From contig NZ_QBBX01000015.1 in NCBI RefSeq assembly GCF_003073175.1, positions 1 to 24,000 on the forward strand: a stretch of 24,000 bases of DNA, written 5' to 3'. This document shows positions 8,213-14,568 of the stretch, in pieces; the first letter of the stretch is position 1, and each line of letters starts with the position of its first letter. Origin of the DNA: Peribacillus acanthi (GTDB lineage Bacteria > Bacillota > Bacilli > Bacillales > DSM-1321). The position numbers and the translations under genes are program-made. The notes under the pieces are model-generated. The model did not search any database. It was not told the origin of the DNA and saw nothing but the letters and a program-made list of their open reading frames with translations.

Positions 8213-11187
8213 TAGAAAAACTCCCCATACATTTCGAATTGTGAATTATTTTCGGTTTTTTTATGTTCGGTTTTAGTCGGTGAAGTAACTTTATTAGTTT
8301 TTGATGTAGGTTTTACTTCTTCATAATCAATATGATTATAATTAGAATTTTTGCTTTTACCTCCATCAATTACCCTCAATGACCTCTTTAGAGCTTCATC
8401 TTTCAACCTTTGAGTTTCCAATAGTTCATGCGATTCTGCTTTGGCCAAAAATTTTGCTAATTCAGAGGCTGAAACTCCATTAATTTTTTCTTTCGTGGTT
8501 TCTTTCTTTCTCCTCTTTATTTCTGCGGTAGCAAGTTGTATTTCCTTCGCAGATTTCCCTTCGAACTCCAACTCATATTGTGAATGAAGTGTTACCCAGT
8601 AATTTCCAACATAAGCATATGCCTTACTATAATCAAAGGGGTCATACCTTACAGGGATTTGTTTTCCCTCAACCGATGGATTGTTCAACTCATATGAATT
8701 ATAATAGCAGTTATTAATTTTTACTCCCTGGCCTGGTTGAACTTTAGCTGTCTCTTTGGTTGTTGTTGGGAGAGTAAGCATCTCAAAGTTTGCATCATAC
8801 CTAATATATGTTTGCTTTCTTTCACCAGTTTTTCTTACATTTTGTTGATAAGCATCTCGAGGACTTTGATCAAGACTAGTGTGAGGCTGTTGATCATAAA
8901 TCTCATAAAACCAATTGTATAAATATTCATATAATACTTCTAAAGTCCAGATAGCTAAATTACGAGGGTCAAATTCTTTTGTCATTTGACGAACTAATTT
9001 GGATAATTGAGTGTTGCCTGCTAAATTGTTAATAAACACGGTATTTGTTGTGCCAAACAGTCTCTCACAAACAGCTCCAAACTTTGGTTTAGCACCTGGT
9101 CGTATTTTTTTATGACAATCGTTGCTTGCTAGCAAAGTATCAAAATATGTACTTTGGAAATCCTTTCCTCCATCTACTACAAGAGTTTTTGGAAGTCGGG
9201 AGTATTTTCTTACACATTCCCTAATCGTATTCATGCAAGACCTATATGATGGGGCATCATAGGTTAAATAAAAAGCTAATACTCTTCGTGAAAAGGCATC
9301 TATTAGTAAAGTTAACCACGGTTTCCCCAATTTTTTCTGAGTCTTAGAGCAGATAAGTTGAATGTCAAGTTCGGTATGGTCTATATGTGCAATTTCAAAA
9401 GGTCTGGTACCATGTCTAGGTGTCGTAAGTGATAATTCCAAAAAAAATGGCTCTTTATCATATGCAGCTTTTGGTCCCCGTCGTTTTAAATCTTGCTCAT
9501 AGCTGGAACGCTTCTCAATTGCCTTAAAGAATGTTTTGTTGCTAGGAGGATCAAACCCGTTTTCAATACACTTATCTCTAAATGAATTGTAAACTGAAGA
9601 TTTATTTCGTTGTTTTTTATCCTCATATACTTCAGTTACATATTTTTCCATTAATTTAATCACTTTGCTGTTTAAGCGCTCTGTTTTATTCCCTTTTTTA
9701 TGATTTTTTGAAATAAACGCATAAAAGCCTCTTCCGTATTCTTTTTCGGCTTTTTTGAATTTTTGGTTCCAATGTCTTAAAGTCCTTGGTGAAACACCTA
9801 CAGACTCGCCATTCATATGAAGTTTGTACTTATTGTACTTCTCATTAGCTTCGGCTAAATCCTCTGGACTTGCTGTCATAATAATATCCATTAAGTCTGA
9901 CTCTTCATATCCCGTTGACTTTTCATTATCTAAAGATTTAATACTACCCATCTTGATTAACTCTTCGAATGCTTTTAACGGTAATGGAATAATCTTTTCA
10001 GCTTCATCTAAAAGAGTGATTTCTGTCTCTCCCATATTTATCACTGTCCATAGATTTCCATTCCAAAGAATCTTTTTACCGACTTCCACATTCACCACAT
10101 TATCGAGATTGCCATTTCCTTTGTTGCTTTTTGAATCTTCAGCATTCAATATTGCCTCGGCAGTTTCCTTATTAATATACAAAGGAAACTTGTTGAAATT
10201 TATAATGAGAAAACGCTCAAGATCGACATATATTTCACCCAGTACAATTAATTTGTAAATATCATCAGCAGTAAACGCAGGATTACTAACGGATAACAAA
10301 TCATCCAAAGTAATATTTGGTGCAGATTGTATATAACTTAGAATAATGTTTCGACTAGTTAAAGAAACCTTAGGATTTTCTTCTAAAAGATAATCTTCTA
10401 AAAAACGAATATTATTTTGTAAATTCCAGTTAATTTCTTTAGAGCATCGAATCCTAAAAGAAAGTCCCTTTTTCTTTGCAAACTCCTCTACTGGTGGACA
10501 TCTCCATTGTCCATTTTCATCCAGACAATATCTCTCTGGTGATTCTTCAATTAACTTGGATAGCTCTTTCTCCGTTTTCCACTCTTCCCAACCGATAAAG
10601 TTCTCTGAAATGACAAAAAAATCAGCTGTATATCTATGACCTCTATTTTTACCGTCTTTAATATAATTAATGGTAAACCCTTCAGGTTGGTCGTAATACT
10701 CATAAACGTTTTTATCAAACTCCATTGAATAGATTCCACTCAGTTCCAGTGTATGGCTTTCGAATTGAATGGTTAATCCCATCTTTTTGCTAGAATAGAA
10801 CCCTCTTACATTACCCTTCCCACTTCGAACTCTACGTGATGGTTCTGAATTTCTGATATTGTTATTGATATAAATTTTAGTTTCATCAATGATTCCCTTA
10901 TCTTTGCAAAACAGATCAAAATCATTAATCACATATGATTCCCCTTTCTTTAAAAAGTCTAGGAAGCTTAATCTACTTATCATCCATGTATGCATATATA
11001 TATAATTAGTATTTAAAGGATCGTATTTCCCCATAATCCTTTCAGCATTCGCACTGGGGCTAAGATTCTCATTTGAGTGGTAGTAATTATTGTTTACTAT
11101 TACTACTTTACCAAGAATTATTTCAGTCTCCACCTGAGGTAAAGTTAACAAAATGAATTTATCATTACACAAAAATCTCTTTGGCAA
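8212..11187 (-). CDS. tnsB: TnsA-TnsB fusion transposase (TnsA-type endonuclease domain + DDE Mu/Tn7-type transposase)
   Basis: A single uninterrupted ORF. The TnsA-like nuclease core is FESHTLE...YTADFFV...WEEWK, followed by a TnsA C-terminal-like segment (INWNLQNNIRFLEDYL). HTH regions follow, then the DDE core HIDHTELD...VVDGGKDF...CERLFGT and a Mu-type C-terminal barrel (VRYDPFDYSKAYAY). The first ~85 codons of the open frame are homologous to a TnsB C-terminus, i.e. remnant sequence. The true start is therefore more likely the GTG at 10932 (AAAGGGG SD 8 nt upstream) or the ATG at 10983/10995. Confidence 0.85.
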   Translation of the reverse strand: MPKRFLCNDKFILLTLPQVETEIILGKVVIVNNNYYHSNENLSPSANAERIMGKYDPLNTNYIYMHTWMISRLSFLDFLKKGESYVINDFDLFCKDKGIIDETKIYINNNIRNSEPSRRVRSGKGNVRGFYSSKKMGLTIQFESHTLELSGIYSMEFDKNVYEYYDQPEGFTINYIKDGKNRGHRYTADFFVISENFIGWEEWKTEKELSKLIEESPERYCLDENGQWRCPPVEEFAKKKGLSFRIRCSKEINWNLQNNIRFLEDYLLEENPKVSLTSRNIILSYIQSAPNITLDDLLSVSNPAFTADDIYKLIVLGEIYVDLERFLIINFNKFPLYINKETAEAILNAEDSKSNKGNGNLDNVVNVEVGKKILWNGNLWTVINMGETEITLLDEAEKIIPLPLKAFEELIKMGSIKSLDNEKSTGYEESDLMDIIMTASPEDLAEANEKYNKYKLHMNGESVGVSPRTLRHWNQKFKKAEKEYGRGFYAFISKNHKKGNKTERLNSKVIKLMEKYVTEVYEDKKQRNKSSVYNSFRDKCIENGFDPPSNKTFFKAIEKRSSYEQDLKRRGPKAAYDKEPFFLELSLTTPRHGTRPFEIAHIDHTELDIQLICSKTQKKLGKPWLTLLIDAFSRRVLAFYLTYDAPSYRSCMNTIRECVRKYSRLPKTLVVDGGKDFQSTYFDTLLASNDCHKKIRPGAKPKFGAVCERLFGTTNTVFINNLAGNTQLSKLVRQMTKEFDPRNLAIWTLEVLYEYLYNWFYEIYDQQPHTSLDQSPRDAYQQNVRKTGERKQTYIRYDANFEMLTLPTTTKETAKVQPGQGVKINNCYYNSYELNNPSVEGKQIPVRYDPFDYSKAYAYVGNYWVTLHSQYELEFEGKSAKEIQLATAEIKRRKKETTKEKINGVSASELAKFLAKAESHELLETQRLKDEALKRSLRVIDGGKSKNSNYNHIDYEEVKPTSKTNKVTSPTKTEHKKTENNSQFEMYGEFF

Positions 11188-11777
11188 TCTCCTTGAATTA
11201 AAGATTCCTCTAGGACTCTACCCCAAAAATAGAATTTCTTGTTGATTGTAAACGTCATACAATATAGTTGAAACTGTTTTTTCTAGAATGTTTAAATAGC
11301 ATGTTGGTGCACAACGTTCTTTCCTTAAATACTTGTCCTGATTCAAGTTATTGAAATGGAATTTTACTAAATTAGTTAACAATCTCTCGTAAATTGAAAA
11401 TTCATTTTTTGGAATAGTTTACTTTTAATATCTAAAGCAACTATTAATTTGTCTAAATTTTCACTCTGAAACCTTTTAGCATCACATTTCAGTAAAGTTT
11501 TAGGGATCATTGAATTTTTTCTTACAGACTCTCTTAGAGTCATCATGATTGATACATAGGATGGGGGCTCAATTGACAAGTAATATGCAAGAACCCTTCT
11601 AGAGTAAACATCAATTAAGAGAGTCAACCACGGTCTCCCAAGATAATTCTTGGTAACTGGGCAGATTACTTCTATATCAAGGCAAATGTGGTCTATCACG
11701 GCTTTTTCCATTGGTTTTTGACTAAACATTGCTCCATAAAGAAATGAAACTGAGGCTTTTCGATTTTTGAAAGTCAT
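10935..11777 (-). pseudogene. decayed tnsB (DDE transposase) remnant from a second, divergent Tn7-like element
   Basis: The ORF 11376-11777 product aligns to the catalytic core of the intact transposase (VIDHICLD...RPWLTLLIDVYSRRVLAYYL...KCDAKRF versus HIDHTELD...KPWLTLLIDAFSRRVLAFYL...VVDGGKDF). Homology continues in another frame with internal deletions and an in-frame TAG (YDVYNQQEILFLG*SPRGIF versus YEIYDQQPHTSLDQSPRDAY). It then runs into the open frame of the tnsAB ORF (FILLTLP...NNNYYHS...KYDP versus FEMLTLP...NNCYYNS...RYDP). Confidence 0.75.
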
Positions 11778-13039
11778 ATTGATAACTCCTTTTTTAATTT
11801 ATTCCACTTTTCTTGTAATGTTTTTTCCTTAAGAAATCCGGAACCTAATATACCTTCTACTTGTCTTCTACTGGGATATATCCCTTTTTGAAGCAATATA
11901 CGAAATGCTTCCTCAAGTCTTGTTATTTTTAAAAGTGCATTTTCTTCCCTTTTTGTTTGTTGATATGAAATATAAATTTCCTTAATTTTTTCACACTCTG
12001 TTTTATACATTCTTGAAAGCAACTTTCTGTCACATCCAAGTTTCCTTGCAAGAGTACTCAGAGATATTGGTTCTTTATCAGCAATGACTTTAATTAAAGT
12101 ATTTCTTATCACATCATGGTTGTGTTCTTCCTTTGCTTTTGCGGAACTATTGGATATTCCAATATCCTTAACGCTCTGCTCTTTTTGAAGGAACTCGGTT
12201 ATTGTAATACCAAAGCCTTTGCATAGTTGAAGCAGATAGTCAATACTTGGGATGCTTTCTCCAGACAACCATAATACAAACGTTGTTTTAGGTATTTTTA
12301 GTTGCTTAGCAGCTCTAATAGGAGAACAATCAAACATTTCTTTTACATAAAAATTGATCGATTCACGTAAAGAGATACTAGCTACATCTAAATGGCTTTG
12401 AGCCAATAGTTCACCTATCAGTAATACATTTGATAAAAGTTCATCTACATTACATAATGATTCTTTATAAGTTGAAAAAGAACCTAACCATTGTCCACAT
12501 CGCGAACAATAACCAGGGAATGTGTTCCTATTTATTATTGGAACTGATTTATTGCAATTTCCACAAATATCCAAAATCGGTCTTTTATGTTTCAAACATA
12601 TAAAAACGGTTTGAAAGCTCCATATCAAAGGATCATAAATAACCTCACCATTTTCCCTTGACTCCTCATAACAAATTGGACACCATGATTTGGTTTTCTT
12701 TAATAACCCTCTACTCGTAAGGATATTTGACCATTTTTGTAGTGTTGTTAAACATAAATCAGATCTTCCTGTCAATTTATTTGTTAGGTCACTAAACTCA
12801 CAAGCTAATTTACCTACCCCATTAATACCAATTGCCGAATCAAAAAAGCCATTTCCACCATGTTTTGAAACTTTTACTAAATATTCTTTTTTTAACAATG
12901 GTGAGTAAATTCTCGAAATTAGACTACCTGTCGCGACACAATGCGCTTCAGCTAACCTTGAAATATAACTGGTTAACGACTCAACAAATGGAGTTCCAAT
13001 CCCTATCGGATCAAGGTTATACAAAATACTTCTTTCCAT
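11774..13039 (-). CDS. tniQ: TniQ/TnsD-like target-selector protein (copy 2, orphan, apparently intact)
   Basis: 421 aa. It has the same N-terminal signature as copy 1 (LYNLDPIGIGTPFVESLTSYISRLAE; WCPICYEE...CLKH...CGNCNK...YCSRC) and a similar C-terminal end (KGIYPSRRQ). An SD-like GTGGGGGT lies 8 nt upstream of the ATG. The stop overlaps the start of the tnsB remnant by 4 nt. Confidence 0.85.
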   Translation of the reverse strand: MERSILYNLDPIGIGTPFVESLTSYISRLAEAHCVATGSLISRIYSPLLKKEYLVKVSKHGGNGFFDSAIGINGVGKLACEFSDLTNKLTGRSDLCLTTLQKWSNILTSRGLLKKTKSWCPICYEESRENGEVIYDPLIWSFQTVFICLKHKRPILDICGNCNKSVPIINRNTFPGYCSRCGQWLGSFSTYKESLCNVDELLSNVLLIGELLAQSHLDVASISLRESINFYVKEMFDCSPIRAAKQLKIPKTTFVLWLSGESIPSIDYLLQLCKGFGITITEFLQKEQSVKDIGISNSSAKAKEEHNHDVIRNTLIKVIADKEPISLSTLARKLGCDRKLLSRMYKTECEKIKEIYISYQQTKREENALLKITRLEEAFRILLQKGIYPSRRQVEGILGSGFLKEKTLQEKWNKLKKELSI

Positions 13040-13262
13040 TATTTTCTACCCCCACTTTCGGGGGTATTATTTGTAAAAAAAAGTATTCTATACATTAAAT
13101 AAAAATATAGGGTATTAAGTGAAGATTAATCCTTCTGTTTCAAGTTGATAATCCCTAAACTCGTGGAAAACATTCTTCCCAGTACCAGCAAAACAAAAAT
13201 TAGAAATATTTTTTGCAATGTCGGTTTCAATTTAGAACTCTAATAAAATCGTTATATCTAAA

Positions 13263-13286
13263 ACTGTCCCCCTTTTTGATTAAACA
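13263..13286 (-). repeat. intergenic motif copy D (degenerate; ACTGTCCCCCTTTTTGATTAAACA on + strand)
   Basis: A weaker match with indels to the CTGCCCCGTT family. Like C1, on the minus strand it directly follows a terminator plus a TTTTTTGTTG tract. Confidence 0.35.
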
Positions 13287-13346
13287 ACAAAAAAGCACCA
13301 CTAATAAAACGATGCAGGTACGTAACCCATCGTATATTAGCGGTGC
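13286..13346 (-). terminator. long-hairpin rho-independent terminator just inside the transposon right end
   Basis: On the minus strand: GCACCGCTAATA...(inner CGATG/CATCG stem)...TATTAGTGGTGC followed by TTTTTTGTTGTTT. It is oriented to stop read-through coming from ssrA. Confidence 0.55.
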
Positions 13347-13399
13347 TTCCGCATATTTGAGTTATTAAGTTGTTTAAGTAAATTATTAATAAAGCTAGT

Positions 13400-13483
13400 C
13401 TTACATATTTTGAAGCATATTCTTGCCATAAGTTTTTTGAAGCATAACGTTGCCAAAACGGCAAGTTTATGGTTCAAGTCACA
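13400..13483 (-). repeat. candidate Tn7-like right-end: terminal TGTGAC plus three copies of an 18-19 bp motif
   Basis: Read inward on the minus strand, the sequence is TGTGAC-TTGAACCATAAACTTGCC-GTTTT-GGCAACGTTATGCTTCAA-(9)-GGCAAGAATATGCTTCAA. On the plus strand the motif TTGAAGCATAnnnTTGCCA lies at 13410-13428 and 13437-13455, with an inverted copy at 13460-13477. The terminus starts with TGTG, as Tn7 ends do. Confidence 0.45.
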
Positions 13484-13514
13484 AAAAATAAACAATTAAC
13501 CACCAAATTATGTA

Positions 13515-13876
13515 TGGTGGAGACGGTGGGAGTCGAACCCACGTCCAGAAACATCGCCACTTAAGCTTCTACGAGTGTAGTCGACATATTAGCATTTCGC
13601 TAACTCTTATGCCTATCGACAGGCGTCGGAGTAGCTAGTCTGGTTGTTCTCTTCCTTCATCCTCAGACGGTGGAATCCGGCGTAGCCCACTTAGAGTGAG
13701 TCCCTTACCCTACCACATGGGCAATGGAGGGAGGAACCGCAATCAACTGTTATTAAGCAGCGAAAGCGAAGTTGTTGTTTTGTTTGCCAGTTATTGGCTT
13801 TGACGTTTTAACGAGGCCGATCCCCTCGACTCGCAACCTAAGCTCGAACTATCCCTGTCGAATCCGTAACGTCCCC
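13515..13876 (-). ncRNA. ssrA: tmRNA (transfer-messenger RNA)
   Basis: The 5' end is GGGGACGTTACGGATTCGACAGGGATAG and the 3' end is GGACGTGGGTTCGACTCCCACCGTCTCCACCA. The internal tag ORF is GGC AAA CAA AAC AAC AAC TTC GCT TTC GCT GCT TAA TAA, encoding (A)GKQNNNFAFAA. It is collinear with the Bacillus subtilis ssrA I recall, and lies next to smpB. Confidence 0.96.
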
Positions 13877-13952
13877 ATGATAAGAATGGAGCGATAGGAT
13901 GATGAATAGCAAGCAAAGTGCTGTGCATATTCAGTTGTCATCTACAAGAGTT

Positions 13953-13980
13953 ATTATAACACATCTGACATAAGATGCAA
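13953..13980 (-). promoter_or_regulatory. putative sigma-A promoter of ssrA
   Basis: On the minus strand: TTGCAT-16 nt-TATAAT with a TGT extended -10. It lies about 75 nt upstream of the mature tmRNA 5' end, implying a processed leader. Confidence 0.45.
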
Positions 13981-14020
13981 TTGTAACATCCTGTAAACCA
14001 ATGTAAGGAATGGAAATATC

Positions 14021-14497
14021 CTATGTTTTCTGACGATCACGGAAGGCACGTTCAATTTCACGCTTCGCTTCTTTTTTCTTTAAGTCCTCACGTTTGTCAT
14101 ATTGTTTTTTACCCTTACCAAGACCAATTAAAACCTTAGCAAATCCATTTTTCAAATACATTTTTAACGGGACAAGCGTATATCCTGCTTCTTTTGTTTC
14201 ACCAATTAGCTTATTGATCTCTCTACGGTGTAATAATAACTTTCTCGTACGTAAAGGATCATGATTATAACGATTCCCTTGCTCGTACGGACTAACGTGC
14301 ATATTATAAAGGTACAGCTCACCATTATGAATTCTAGCATACGAATCCTTTAAATTCGCTTTTCCTTTTCGAATGGACTTAATTTCAGTCCCTTGAAGAA
14401 CAATTCCCGCTTCATATGTTTCTTCAATAAAAAAGTCATGGTAGGCTTTTTTATTTTGTGCAACTTGTTTGCCTTCTCCTTTTGGCATCTTACCCAC
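14021..14497 (-). CDS. smpB: SsrA-binding protein SmpB
   Basis: The product shows strong SmpB-family similarity ([16 protein letters not shown]). The likely true start is the ATG at 14488 (MPKGEGK), 8 nt after GGGAG. Confidence 0.95.
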   Translation of the reverse strand: MGKMPKGEGKQVAQNKKAYHDFFIEETYEAGIVLQGTEIKSIRKGKANLKDSYARIHNGELYLYNMHVSPYEQGNRYNHDPLRTRKLLLHRREINKLIGETKEAGYTLVPLKMYLKNGFAKVLIGLGKGKKQYDKREDLKKKEAKREIERAFRDRQKT

Positions 14498-14568
14498 TCC
14501 CTGAACTGATTGTCTCTATGATAGCATGAGAGCCCGAATTTTTAATACTCAGGCTCTCTTTATTCCAT

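Larger units (their letters stand above)
1..13483 (-). mobile_element. Tn7-like transposon / genomic island inserted downstream of ssrA (partial; left end not in window)
   Basis: The tnsA-tnsB fusion, tnsC-like and tniQ/tnsD-like genes all read away from ssrA, as Tn7 does at glmS. A candidate terminus, TGTGAC, lies at 13483, 31 bp past the tmRNA CCA end. The cargo is accessory-type (ECF sigma pair, group II intron, orphan ORFs). No matching inverted end was found in the window, so the extent to the left is inferred. Confidence 0.55.

Noticed and set aside
9824-10258. 144-aa plus-strand ORF antisense to tnsAB. Similar antisense or alternate-frame ORFs occur at 1739-1972, 2160-2393, 4412-4651, 4927-5133, 5428-5679, 6672-6905, 7364-7573, 8737-8922, 10551-10739, 12690-13098, 15554-16154, 18525-18791, 18966-19665, 20256-20752, 22580-22992 and 23611-23892.
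   Set aside because: All are embedded in well-supported genes on the opposite strand or in another frame. Their composition is low-complexity, mirroring codon bias. They lack SD sequences and have no recognisable domains.
13050-13260. Possible remnant of a tnsC 3' end upstream of tniQ2 (translation AGTGKNVFHEFRDYQLETEGLIFT* vaguely resembles ...ITTGENNLTEKRDEKERKL of the intact TnsC).
   Set aside because: The similarity is too weak to call by eye. Only the shared AAAGTGGGGG leader supports an ancestral tnsC-tniQ junction.
13258-13464. 68-aa minus-strand ORF.
   Set aside because: It reads straight through the right-end repeats (WQRYASK / WQEYASK reflect the DNA repeats) and the terminator hairpin. 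There is no SD, so it is judged spurious.
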